Virus record (IMG/VR): IMGVR_UViG_3300037524_001600
Source of the DNA: an uncultured virus (IMG/VR IMGVR_UViG_3300037524_001600)
Taxonomy: Duplodnaviria; Heunggongvirae; Uroviricota; Caudoviricetes
Strand: one strand, 5' to 3'
Length of the DNA stretch: 64,000 bases
In this document: piece after piece, positions 32,695 to 41,564 of the stretch
How positions within the stretch are numbered: the stretch's first letter is position 1
How the letters are laid out: each line of letters opens with the position of its first letter
The notes under the pieces: model-generated
What the model was told of the DNA's origin: nothing
The model's input: only the letters and a program-made list of their open reading frames with translations
Databases searched by the model: none
Made by a program: the position numbers and the translations under genes

Positions 32695-34959
32695 TCAGCA
32701 GAAGCAGTACTCGGACTGCCGTATCAGCCCCACGTCCAGCGAGCCCACGTCGAGGCCGGAGGCGTCCGTCCGCATGTCACTGAGGAGCGCCCCGAGCGGG
32801 TCCATCTGGTATAGCTGGACGAACGTGTCTCTTATCAGCGGATACAGGGCCTGCATGTCGGCCAGCAGGCACCCGTACGAGTCGTGCACGGTGGTCACCG
32901 GGAAGTCCGCCTGGCACACGGTGAGCATCAGGTGCGCCGCGTCGAGGCTGTGTATCGCGTTGGGGCTGGCTCCTTGCGACTGTTTCCCCTTGGACGGCTT
33001 GAGTTCCTCCACGAAGCAGACCGCCAGCTGCAGCGTGTTGGAATAGTAGCCGGTGCTCAGCCTGGGGCCGGCGGGCGGCCCGTACTGCACGTACAGCTTC
33101 TTCGTGATCCCCTCTGTGTAGTGCTGCACGACCGGGAAGTGCGTCAGCGGGACCACCCAGGAGAGGAATCTGCCCTCACGCTCTGCCTCTCGGCCCGCCC
33201 GCTCCAGCTTGGCCAGCAGCTGCATCGGCCTCCTAAGGGCCTCCCGGCACGTGGTGTACACCTCCCGGCCCAGGAACGCACCCCACCTGTGCTCCATGTG
33301 GTACAGCAGCTCGATCCCGTGCTTCCTGGAGTCGTCGATGATCTGCTGCCCCAGGCCGTACGCCGTGCCCCCGTAGGGGATCGTCATGGTGTTCCTCTTG
33401 ACGATCTTCCTACGGTGGGCGGCGTCTTTTATTCGGCACCAGAACACGGGTGCGGCCATGGCCATCAGCTCCGCGTTCTCGTGCTTCAGCCGGTGGATGT
33501 CACCGGCGAGCCTGCTGCGCCTGTCGGATTTGGGCTCGCATTCGTTGATCTCCTTTTTGAGTTCCACGATATTGTCTATGAGCCGCTCGCAGGCGGCCTT
33601 CTCCTCCTCGGTCATGCCGGACACGTCCTTCTCCAACTTGGCCCAGACGTGGTCGGCGATGTACTTGTACAGATCCCCCGGAAGATCCAGCGGGACCAGG
33701 TTGACGTGCGGTGCCGTGACCTCATCCCTCGTCAGGGCCGCCAGGTGCTGGCTGCCGTTGTTCGACCCATCGATGAACACCTCGAGCCCGCTCTCGTACA
33801 TGTACTCGGCGCCTTCCGCCCAGTGCGAGGGCAGGTAGTGGCCCCTGTGCGAGGCCTGCCAGTCCCGGAATGACTTCAGCTCGAAGCACGTGGCGAGGAA
33901 CTGCCAGGGGTGGTCCGCGCGCATCCACCCCTGATTAACCTTGGGATTCTCAGCGTAGGACAGCAAGATCTCCTCGTTGTCGGCGGCCCACTCCGCCCTG
34001 TCCTTCAGCGGCAGTTTGTCAGTCTTGAGCCTGTCGATGCGGCCCGAGTCTCCCGCCCAGGAGGATGCCAGAGACACCATTAGCCAGAAGAAGCCGGACC
34101 TCCCTATCGGCTTCCTGTCGGCCCTCAGCAGCAGGCCCCTGGCCACGTCGTTGCCCTGCTCGTGCAGATAGGCGGTCGCCGGGTATTTCCTACCGCGGAA
34201 GTCGTAGTAGTACAGGTGGTAGAACACCTTGTCCACGAACCGCGAGGCTATGTCGATCACCGCCCTGGCCTCCCTCAGCTTGGTGTTCCTGGCCTCCGGA
34301 TTGGTCTGCTCCCAGATGTCGGAGAATGCCTCGACCTTATTCCTCAGGGCCCACATTTGGATATTCAGGACGTGCTCGTTTACCGTCCACCCGATGCGCT
34401 GGGCCCTGTTCAGGCACTCGAAGACCATCGGGTGGCTCTGCGGCGACAGGGCATCCAGTACGTCCTTGCTGCCCGTCTTCACCATGTTCCACCCGGTCTC
34501 GTGCCTGGAGCCGCGCCACTGCCCGTACGGCCTGATGTTCGGGAGCTTCTCGATCGAGCCGGGCTCCACGCTGTTCCAGAGCTGGCATATCCCGTCGTCA
34601 TCTAGCACCTGCACCAGGTAGGCATTGTGTCCCTTCTGGCCGTGGCCCATCACGACCTGCAGAAAGCCCAGCTCCTCAAAGGAGTACAGCAGGAAGGCGC
34701 CGGTCTTGGCCGCCAGCGACGAGTCCTTCTTCAGTCTGAACTTCCCCCTTATGGTGTGACCGATGGCACAGATCAGTTCCGTCAGGTAGATCGTGTGCCC
34801 GCCGAAGCCCTTCTTCTGGCGCGTGTAGAGGTACACCACGGATATCAGGTGGTCCGTGTACTCCCTGACGTCATGTCGGAGGAGGTACTTTAGAGGATTC
34901 TGCGGAGATATCTCCGTCCTCAGCCTTGCTCGGATGCTTTCCACCAGAATTTCTCTCAT
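32695..34959 (-). CDS. T7/T3-like single-subunit DNA-directed RNA polymerase (RNAP-2, 754 aa)
   Basis: DFRGRKY, PWQFLA, motif A DGSNNGSQH, DLY, motif B RKIVKRNTMTIPYG, PNAIHSLDA, motif C VHDS. Confidence 0.95.
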   Translation of the reverse strand: MREILVESIRARLRTEISPQNPLKYLLRHDVREYTDHLISVVYLYTRQKKGFGGHTIYLTELICAIGHTIRGKFRLKKDSSLAAKTGAFLLYSFEELGFLQVVMGHGQKGHNAYLVQVLDDDGICQLWNSVEPGSIEKLPNIRPYGQWRGSRHETGWNMVKTGSKDVLDALSPQSHPMVFECLNRAQRIGWTVNEHVLNIQMWALRNKVEAFSDIWEQTNPEARNTKLREARAVIDIASRFVDKVFYHLYYYDFRGRKYPATAYLHEQGNDVARGLLLRADRKPIGRSGFFWLMVSLASSWAGDSGRIDRLKTDKLPLKDRAEWAADNEEILLSYAENPKVNQGWMRADHPWQFLATCFELKSFRDWQASHRGHYLPSHWAEGAEYMYESGLEVFIDGSNNGSQHLAALTRDEVTAPHVNLVPLDLPGDLYKYIADHVWAKLEKDVSGMTEEEKAACERLIDNIVELKKEINECEPKSDRRSRLAGDIHRLKHENAELMAMAAPVFWCRIKDAAHRRKIVKRNTMTIPYGGTAYGLGQQIIDDSRKHGIELLYHMEHRWGAFLGREVYTTCREALRRPMQLLAKLERAGREAEREGRFLSWVVPLTHFPVVQHYTEGITKKLYVQYGPPAGPRLSTGYYSNTLQLAVCFVEELKPSKGKQSQGASPNAIHSLDAAHLMLTVCQADFPVTTVHDSYGCLLADMQALYPLIRDTFVQLYQMDPLGALLSDMRTDASGLDVGSLDVGLIRQSEYCFC

Positions 34960-35016
34960 CTAGTATCCTCGCTATTCGCGGTGCGCACATCAGTATCAGC
35001 AGCCCAAGTATCAGCT

Positions 35017-35154
35017 TTACCACTGTCTGGCACCCCTGTGTTTGTCATAGATCAGCAGGAGTACCCAGGCCAGAAGCAGCAGAAGTTCGATCGGCAGTTT
35101 GGTCAGGAAGAAAAGCGCCGTTGCAAGGAGTAGATAATGTATGGCTCTGTTCAA
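35017..35154 (-). CDS. Small membrane protein (45 aa, TTG start, absent from ORF track)
   Basis: AGGAG/GAGG SD; Leu-rich hydrophobic sequence. Confidence 0.4.
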   Translation of the reverse strand: MNRAIHYLLLATALFFLTKLPIELLLLLAWVLLLIYDKHRGARQW

Positions 35155-35174
35155 TTATCCTCTCCTATTCACGG

Positions 35175-35218
35175 AAAAAAAAAAATACGCAGAGCGGAGA
35201 CGCCCGAAGGCGTCCCCG
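35175..35218 (-). terminator. Intrinsic terminator (UUCG hairpin plus T11)
   Basis: Minus strand CGGGGACGCC TTCG GGCGTCTCCG ... T11. Confidence 0.7.
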
Positions 35219-35239
35219 ATTTGTGCAGTGATTTGAAGC

Positions 35240-35548
35240 CTAGCTCTTTGGAAGTTGCAATTCCAGGCCTTTTTGTCTCTCGACGAAGAACGGGATCAGG
35301 CTACCCTTTGGACCAAGGTCAAAAGCTGCGAACACTTCCAGCGGAGAGAACAGCGAGCCGACGAAGCGCTTGTAGTTCCAGTCGACCCGCACGTCCCCCC
35401 GGTGGAATCTTTTTACGGACCGCACAAAGTTTTCCGACAGGAAAACTCTGCGCAGTTCGGACGCCTCGAAGCCGGACGTCTTCTTCATGTAGTACCACCC
35501 GGCTATGTCAACCGGGTCCTCCGGCGCGTGCCGATTTCCACTTTTCAT
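35240..35548 (-). CDS. Hypothetical protein
   Basis: ORF track; GAGG upstream. Confidence 0.5.
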   Translation of the reverse strand: MKSGNRHAPEDPVDIAGWYYMKKTSGFEASELRRVFLSENFVRSVKRFHRGDVRVDWNYKRFVGSLFSPLEVFAAFDLGPKGSLIPFFVERQKGLELQLPKS

Positions 35549-35696
35549 ACGCTTCGATCGCCAGGATGGAGAGGATGGAAATTGCCAAGAAGGACACGGC
35601 GGCCTTCCCGGTGATGATGGCGTTCCCGAGAATGGTGGGCGCGGTCACGAACATGACGACCGCGTACCCGATTATCAGCAGCGTCCGCTTGTTCAT
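35508..35696 (-). CDS. Small two-TM membrane protein
   Basis: Hydrophobic; ATGA-coupled. Confidence 0.55.
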   Translation of the reverse strand: MNKRTLLIIGYAVVMFVTAPTILGNAIITGKAAVSFLAISILSILAIEAYEKWKSARAGGPG

Positions 35697-36019
35697 CGTC
35701 CTGCCTCGGGCACGTCGACCACGATGGTGTCGCTGTTAGAGTTCACGAAATCGAAGATCTGTTCGATGAGCTCTTCGCGCTGGCGCCGCTCTTCGCGGAA
35801 CTGCTCGATCCTTGCGACGACCTCGTTGAACTTGCCGCGAACTGCCTCGAAGAATCCCTCGATGCCGGAGGCGGCGCGGGCCACGACGGGGCGGGCTGCT
35901 ATCGTCAGGTTCACGAGCGCCCATCCGAGCAGGTACAGCGCCCAGTACAGCGACACGAGCGACACGATGTAGAACCAGCCGATGGCGACGAGCTTGGCGG
36001 TAAAAATGCTTGACAACAT
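35693..36019 (-). CDS. Membrane-anchored hypothetical protein, first gene after the class I promoter
   Basis: AGGAG SD; N-terminal TM helix and coiled coil. Confidence 0.65.
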   Translation of the reverse strand: MLSSIFTAKLVAIGWFYIVSLVSLYWALYLLGWALVNLTIAARPVVARAASGIEGFFEAVRGKFNEVVARIEQFREERRQREELIEQIFDFVNSNSDTIVVDVPEAGR

Positions 36020-36040
36020 GGCTATCTCCTGTGAGGGTTG

Positions 36041-36082
36041 GATAGACTTCTGTCTATCATATAAGATGGCGCCATTTGCGCG
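36041..36082 (-). promoter_or_regulatory. Class I (hairpin) putative phage promoter
   Basis: GCGCCATCTTATAT-GATAGAC AGAA GTCTATC at the junction between the late and early modules. Confidence 0.7.
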
Positions 36083-36117
36083 TTTTTTACCCCGCTCTCG
36101 GCGGGGCTTCCGGTTCC

Positions 36118-36573
36118 TCATGCCATGGTCACTGTGCCTCGGCGGTCCATCACCAGCGACTGCCTGCGGGGGGAGTCCGTGAAGCTCAGGTGGACCCAGC
36201 CGCCCGAGGGCGAGTCGGGGAACTCCAGGATCAACTGGTCGTAGATCATGTGCTCGTCGCGCAGCCTGGCCGCCACGTCGCGCGGGGAGCCGTACCTCGG
36301 CGCCACGAAGTCTACGGCGCAGCCCAGCACGTGCTGCGAGGACGGCTTACTGCCTATCCTCTCGTTGAGCTCCAGGCACCTGTACCAGCTGGTGACCAGG
36401 ACCGGGACGCCCAGCATCGTCCGGACCGTATCCATCCTAGCGGCGGTTCTCCGTATATTTTCCATCACCGCCCCGGGAGGGGGCTCGTTGTTTATTCCCA
36501 GGCGGGCCGCCGTCTGGCTCGCCACGGCCTCCCCGTACGAGAAGAATAGGGACAGCGGGTACGAGTGCTTCAC
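36118..36573 (-). CDS. Endolysin, peptidase M15A family
   Basis: SQTAARLGINN, VTSWYRC..LN..IG...SQH..G.AVD, DQLILE, WVHLS; GTG coupled to the spanin stop. Confidence 0.88.
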   Translation of the reverse strand: MKHSYPLSLFFSYGEAVASQTAARLGINNEPPPGAVMENIRRTAARMDTVRTMLGVPVLVTSWYRCLELNERIGSKPSSQHVLGCAVDFVAPRYGSPRDVAARLRDEHMIYDQLILEFPDSPSGGWVHLSFTDSPRRQSLVMDRRGTVTMA

Positions 36574-37121
36574 GGCCAGGCCTCCAGACAGGCGCGGAGC
36601 TTTATGCCTCTCACTTCCGCAGCTCCTGAAGTTTCCGCTGCCAGCTCTGCGCCTCTTCTGACCAGGTCGCCGCATCTCGAGACAAGTCCCTCGCCGTCGG
36701 CGAGTAGCTCCGCGAGTCTTCCGGCGCGAGCGACACAGGAGGAGAGGGAGTCTCCGGCGGTCGGACCTCCCGCGAATCCGGCCAGGTCGCGGCGCAGCCT
36801 GTCGCGGTCAAGGCGAATAGCACCGACGCTGCGATTGAGCGCATCTATCTCTCCCGTAAGTTTCCTAGAATCGGCCTCGGCGGCCGAGGCGCGGCCCCTG
36901 GCCGCATCCACCTCCGCCTGCATGCCGCGCTCCATCTCCCTGTACTCGGCCTGGCGCCTGCCGGCCGCCTCCGCGGCAGCCAGCAGCGCGGCCCCGTGCC
37001 GGGTCTCCCACCGGTCCCCGCAGAGCTTCCACCCGAGGAGGACCCCTGCGACGAACAGCAGCGCCGCCGCCAGCGCCTTGGCCGCCAGAGTCCCCGCCCA
37101 CACGCCCAGCTGAGCGAACAT
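36570..37121 (-). CDS. i-spanin (Rz-like)
   Basis: N-terminal TM helix, Ala-rich coiled coil, C-terminal Cys; located in the lysis cassette. Confidence 0.75.
   Translation of the reverse strand: MFAQLGVWAGTLAAKALAAALLFVAGVLLGWKLCGDRWETRHGAALLAAAEAAGRRQAEYREMERGMQAEVDAARGRASAAEADSRKLTGEIDALNRSVGAIRLDRDRLRRDLAGFAGGPTAGDSLSSCVARAGRLAELLADGEGLVSRCGDLVRRGAELAAETSGAAEVRGIKLRACLEAWP
36611..36844 (-). CDS. o-spanin lipoprotein (Rz1-like), embedded out of frame in Rz
   Basis: Signal MRSIAASVLFALTATG-C (lipobox); Pro-rich body; GGAG SD. Confidence 0.7.
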   Translation of the reverse strand: MRSIAASVLFALTATGCAATWPDSREVRPPETPSPPVSLAPEDSRSYSPTARDLSRDAATWSEEAQSWQRKLQELRK

Positions 37122-37124
37122 GCG

Positions 37125-37361
37125 TCATCTCCCCGGTCTCTGCTCGTCCCCCGCGTCCATGTTGCCCTGGCGCAGCACGCGCACGAATATGGCGACGGCC
37201 GCCACGCCGAAGGTCAAGAACGCGAAGCTGGCGGGGCCCATCGTGTCCCTGAACAGCGGCAGCGAAAGCTCCGCGGCCGACAGGATCGCCATGAACGCCA
37301 TCAGACGGACGCTCCACGCCTTCAGCAGGACGCTCTTCCATTCGGGTATAAGCTTTACCAT
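37125..37361 (-). CDS. Holin (two TM)
   Basis: MVKLIPEWKSVLLKAWSVRL...RVLRQ pattern; first gene of the lysis cassette. Confidence 0.75.
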   Translation of the reverse strand: MVKLIPEWKSVLLKAWSVRLMAFMAILSAAELSLPLFRDTMGPASFAFLTFGVAAVAIFVRVLRQGNMDAGDEQRPGR

Positions 37362-37435
37362 GAGATATCCTTGTGGGTTTGAACTAGGACAAAACACCCC
37401 GAGTGTCCCCTTAAAGGCCATTATGGCCCCTCTCC

Positions 37436-37455
37436 GGGATAATTCAACGGGGTCC
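37436..37455 (-). promoter_or_regulatory. Class II putative phage promoter
   Basis: Minus strand GGACCCCGTTGAATTATCCC upstream of the holin. Confidence 0.65.
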
Positions 37456-37610
37456 GGCTGCGTCCGCGATCTCGGCGCGGCGCGTTGAAAATAAGTGAAG
37501 ATCTGGGCCCCGTGGCGCCCCCGCCGGCCGCGGCATCCCCTCCCCCGTCGGCCGCCCCGCCCCGCGGCTCCCGCGACCGCCTCGCCCGCCGGCCGGGCGC
37601 GCGGACCCCG

Positions 37611-38636
37611 TCACGGGGCGAACTGGACCCCGCCGTTGGTCTTGGTGCCCAGCTCCGTCTCCTTCACCAGCCACGCGAGCTGGTCGAACTCGAACCTGTT
37701 CCCCTTGATCTCGCAGGTGCCGTTCTGGTCCATCTTGACCTCGTTGACCCTGATGTAGAACATGTCCCCCAGCGCCAGCGAGAGGCTCTCCAGCTTGACC
37801 AGATCCCCCGGCTCCAGTATCTTGTCGCGAACTATGTACCTAAGGCTGATGCCCACCGCGGACCTGCTGGTCCGCACCATCTCCTCGGCCTTGGCCCTGG
37901 CATGGTAGAAGTCGCTGCAGCCCTCCAGGAACACGGTGGTCTCCAGCGGCACCCCGTTGTCCTCGGCCAGCATCAGGTCGTATATCTCGCTGCTCTGCTC
38001 CACGTCCTGGAACGCGGAGTACGAGGTGTCCCTGGTGGTCCAGAAGGTCAGCCCGGACGGGGCTGTTATGCGGGCCGCGGCGCCCTTCCGCTCTCCCGTG
38101 TTCTGGGCCTCTATATTTATGCGGTACGTGACCCCGGCCACCAGTGTGGCGGAGAACGTGACCCTGCCGCCGGAGGTGGCGCTGGCTATCAGCACGTTGT
38201 CCACCGTGCGCCTCAGCTCCAGCGTCCCCGAGTCGTCCGTGGCGAATTCCCCGCCGAAGGAGCCGGACTCCATCGGCCTCACCAGCCACGTCAGGGAGGT
38301 GGCGGTGTCGTCCGGCCCGGTCCACACCGCCGTGCCGTTCATCAGGATCGTGTACGGGCCCGGGGCGCCGGTCCCCGGATCCACGTCCCACGTGTAGGTC
38401 GGCACGCTGTAGTCCACGCCCCCGATGCCCTTGAAGTAGGCCATCGTGGTCTTCAGCGGCCAGGCTGCCGTGTCCTCTTTGAAATTCTCCGCCTCGTTCA
38501 TGAATTTCACTATGCAGTGATTCAGGCGGTCCCCGGACGAGGGCCAGGTGACCATGACGGTCTCCCCGGCCACGATGTCGTCGTCCGTGATCGTGGCGTC
38601 CAGGAAGGGCGCGTAGTCCTCCGTCGTGTACGGCAT
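37611..38636 (-). CDS. Tail tip/central tail protein, C-terminal part
   Basis: ITDDDI..WP..DRLN..V.F.NE..FKED, AE..VRTSR, LEPGD motifs of tip-attachment (gpJ-like) proteins. Confidence 0.7.
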   Translation of the reverse strand: MPYTTEDYAPFLDATITDDDIVAGETVMVTWPSSGDRLNHCIVKFMNEAENFKEDTAAWPLKTTMAYFKGIGGVDYSVPTYTWDVDPGTGAPGPYTILMNGTAVWTGPDDTATSLTWLVRPMESGSFGGEFATDDSGTLELRRTVDNVLIASATSGGRVTFSATLVAGVTYRINIEAQNTGERKGAAARITAPSGLTFWTTRDTSYSAFQDVEQSSEIYDLMLAEDNGVPLETTVFLEGCSDFYHARAKAEEMVRTSRSAVGISLRYIVRDKILEPGDLVKLESLSLALGDMFYIRVNEVKMDQNGTCEIKGNRFEFDQLAWLVKETELGTKTNGGVQFAP

Positions 38637-38639
38637 GGC

Positions 38640-40343
38640 TCAGACCCCGTTGTAGTTCACAAGCACGGACACCTGGGACGGCGCGTAGATCGTGTTGGTG
38701 GCCACGTGCTTCAGATAGATGTTGAAGTTGAACACGTAATTGTAGCCGGACGGCGGCGCCGGGGTGTTGCTGAGCCACATCGAGAATATCCGCTCCGTGG
38801 ACAGTGTGTACCACGTGCCTACGGCGTTCGAGCTGCTCCAGAAGCTCGGCAGCTGCAGCGCGTTCGAGAAGTTGTCGTACCACTCCTCGATCAGCTCGAA
38901 CTTCACCTGGTACCCGTTGCCGACGCCGGCCTCTGCCGCCCCGCTGAGCCACGAGCCGCTGCTGACGGTCGCGAGGTCCGACGCGTCCCAGTTGAGAGCC
39001 TTCTGCACCTGGAACGAGCCGTCGGCCTGGAATCTGATGGCGACGTGCCACCAGTGGGACGGATCCGAGTACGGGTATACCAGACTGTACGCGCCGCCCG
39101 GATACTCCACGGTCCGATCCGGGGGCGTCACGTCCGTGCCGGCCCCTCCGCCGCCGCCGGGCGGGGTCGTCTCGTCCTCCCCGTCCGGATACACCACGGG
39201 GACCTTCTCCAGAAGCGGGTACTTCACGGACAGCTTGTACCTGCCCTGGGACCATACCAGGCGGGCGTCCCCCATCGTGGTCAGCATCGCCTCCACGTTC
39301 TCCCGCATGGGCTTGGATGGGTCCACGACCATGTTGCACTCGTACAGGGGCAGGTCCCTGCTCTCCACGTTCCTGGTCCCGTCGGTGTTGCGGTATATCT
39401 TGCCCACGGTCAGCACGTTCTGCCTTACGATCTGCCCGCACACCCTGGCCGCGTCGTAGAAGCTGGACAGGTTGATCTCCGCCACCGAGCACCGCTTCCC
39501 CGGGTCGAACGCCCTCACGGTGTCCGTCCCGTTGTCGTAGGATAGCTCGCTGGCCGTAAGGTAGTCCAGCAGGCACAGCGCCGGGTTGTTGGAGTACACG
39601 CGGGTGTCCGACAGTTTGTACCATTTCTGCTTCAGCCTGTCCCACTGCGCCCCGTCGACCTGCGCTGCGTACTCCACCACGAAGCGCACCCTGCGCCCCT
39701 CGATCAGATACTGGACCTGCGGGACCATGCTGAACTGCGGGTCCTCCCTGTTCAGCCGAATCACCGTCGTGGCGTAGGCCATTCCGGGAAACTTCGCCGT
39801 GGCCCTGGAAGAGAAATTCGCCACCGCGGTCGAGTTGGCCTGCGGCGCCAGAACCCCCGGGCCGGACTGCTGGCCGAACATCACCTCCGTCCGGAAGGCG
39901 GCCCGCTGGTCCGGCGGCTGATCGTAGTTCAGGGAGCTGTCCAGGGCGTAGTCGTTGATCCACTTGGACTCCTCGACCACCATGTCGTAGCAGGCGTGTA
40001 TGGGGCCGTGGCACAGAACCTGCTGAAAGAACAGGAACCTGTTGGTGTTCCCGAGCTGCGTGGACGTCAGCTCCCCGGACACGAAGCCCCTGTTCGAGTT
40101 CAGGGAGGCGGCCTGGTAGTAGTTGCTGCTGGTCGCGTGCCAGACGCGTACGCCGCCGATCTTCACCCTGCCGTACGCCAGCGGGATCGGCTTCATCTCG
40201 CCCTCGACCACCAGCTCGAACCCCTTTCTGGCTTCGGCGGCCTCCTTCGCAGCCTTCCGCATCTTCTTCGCCTGCACCACCTGGTAGGCGACGGCGGCGG
40301 CGACAATCGCGTAGTAGGCAATCACGAGAGGCAGCGGAAACAT
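38640..40343 (-). CDS. Tail tip/central tail protein, N-terminal part
   Basis: IPLAYGRVKIGG, LCHGPI, YSNNPALCLLDYL, YECN motifs. Confidence 0.78.
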   Translation of the reverse strand: MFPLPLVIAYYAIVAAAVAYQVVQAKKMRKAAKEAAEARKGFELVVEGEMKPIPLAYGRVKIGGVRVWHATSSNYYQAASLNSNRGFVSGELTSTQLGNTNRFLFFQQVLCHGPIHACYDMVVEESKWINDYALDSSLNYDQPPDQRAAFRTEVMFGQQSGPGVLAPQANSTAVANFSSRATAKFPGMAYATTVIRLNREDPQFSMVPQVQYLIEGRRVRFVVEYAAQVDGAQWDRLKQKWYKLSDTRVYSNNPALCLLDYLTASELSYDNGTDTVRAFDPGKRCSVAEINLSSFYDAARVCGQIVRQNVLTVGKIYRNTDGTRNVESRDLPLYECNMVVDPSKPMRENVEAMLTTMGDARLVWSQGRYKLSVKYPLLEKVPVVYPDGEDETTPPGGGGGAGTDVTPPDRTVEYPGGAYSLVYPYSDPSHWWHVAIRFQADGSFQVQKALNWDASDLATVSSGSWLSGAAEAGVGNGYQVKFELIEEWYDNFSNALQLPSFWSSSNAVGTWYTLSTERIFSMWLSNTPAPPSGYNYVFNFNIYLKHVATNTIYAPSQVSVLVNYNGV

Positions 40344-40346
40344 CTT

Positions 40347-40931
40347 TTACCCCGTCTTCTTTCCCCAGAGAAACTCGGCCTTCCCGGACCCCTCGTAGAC
40401 GTGCTCGAAGGAGGTGTCGGATGGATCTATATTACGTATCTCGGTCTTGGAGGTGAACAGCTGCGTTATGCCGTCCAGATCGGCCATCGGGCTGGCGCAG
40501 GCCACCACGGCGCGCACCTCCCCGGCCTCGGCCGTGTCTACCTCGTAGGAGAAGCTGTCGGCCTTGCCCTTGTACAGCAGTATCAGCTCCTCCTCCGCCG
40601 CGCTGACTAGCGGCGTGCCGGCGTCCGTGACGCCCATGTACACCTCCACGTCCTTCCCGACGATGTTGCCGAATACCGACACCATCGCGTAGCCCGGATC
40701 GGCGAGGACCACCCTGTAGATCTCCCTGTCAACGGACGTGGAGATGTGCGGGGGATCCAGCGAGACGATGCGGCCGTCGTGCGTGAACAGGCGCTCCGTG
40801 GGCAGCCCCGGGTCCACGATCAGCGATCTAAAGTAGTTGGTGGCCCTGTAGTCCCCCACCCGCAGGAGGAAGAAGACCTCGTAGTGGTCGGAGGCCAGTA
40901 TATCCAGTACGGATTGGGCTATGCTTATCAT
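40347..40931 (-). CDS. Minor tail/hub protein (DUF2163-like)
   Basis: YKG..D, CASPMADLD, DPSDTSF..V...LWGK; position before the tip gene. Confidence 0.65.
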   Translation of the reverse strand: MISIAQSVLDILASDHYEVFFLLRVGDYRATNYFRSLIVDPGLPTERLFTHDGRIVSLDPPHISTSVDREIYRVVLADPGYAMVSVFGNIVGKDVEVYMGVTDAGTPLVSAAEEELILLYKGKADSFSYEVDTAEAGEVRAVVACASPMADLDGITQLFTSKTEIRNIDPSDTSFEHVYEGSGKAEFLWGKKTG

Positions 40932-41554
40932 GGCAGCTCGTACACGATCTTGGGGACCCGCTCCACCATGCGGATGGCCCCGTTGTCCATCAGGATGCCG
41001 TCCACGTAGGACATGCCGATCACGCTGTCTCCGTCCAGAAACACCTCCATCCTCACGTCGTCCCTGTAGACTATCGCCTGGTTTATCACATCGGTCATCA
41101 GCGGCGGGAACACCTCGATGACCTGCTCTCCCTGCGCCGCCTCCACGTCGTGCGTCAGCATGTACACCTTGGTGTGATTTGCGAAGCGCAGGAACGTTCC
41201 CATGGGTATCAGACCGGTGACCTCGCTTATCTTCAGGCTGCTGTCCCCCGCGTAGCCCAGCACGGCCGTCAAGGTGTCCTCCGCGGTCCTGGCCATCAGG
41301 ACTCCGTAGTTCTGCGGCACCATTATCTGGAAGGACGAGGTGACGCCCTTCTCCACGAGGAACGCGAACAGGTCGTTCGCCTCCCTGTACAGCGGCTCCA
41401 CGTTCGTTTCCATCTCCCAGCGTTGCGGCGGACGCCGCGCCGCGTACCTGCTGAGAGACATAGAGTCCGACAGGTACACCGGCGTGTTGCTCCTGACAGT
41501 CATCGGGGCCACGAACCTGGCCAGCACGTCGTCGCCCCTCAGTATCCCGTACAC
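40928..41554 (-). CDS. Distal tail protein-like, paralog 1 (no C-terminal extension)
   Basis: YGIL..FVAP...SDS.SL...QRWE, GTFLRFANHTKVY, FPPL, DGILMD. Confidence 0.65.
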   Translation of the reverse strand: MYGILRGDDVLARFVAPMTVRSNTPVYLSDSMSLSRYAARRPPQRWEMETNVEPLYREANDLFAFLVEKGVTSSFQIMVPQNYGVLMARTAEDTLTAVLGYAGDSSLKISEVTGLIPMGTFLRFANHTKVYMLTHDVEAAQGEQVIEVFPPLMTDVINQAIVYRDDVRMEVFLDGDSVIGMSYVDGILMDNGAIRMVERVPKIVYELP

Positions 41555-41564
41555 GGCGCCTCCG

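Noticed and set aside
37456..37610. Extremely GC-rich gap between tail-tip and lysis genes as ncRNA or origin
   Set aside because: No repeat, covariation or recognisable motif; stems are expected by chance at this GC level.
37840..40014. 724-aa minus-strand ORF spanning the split tail-tip genes
   Set aside because: It is a Gly/Arg-rich alternative frame typical of high GC3 DNA; the tip-protein motifs are in the other frame.
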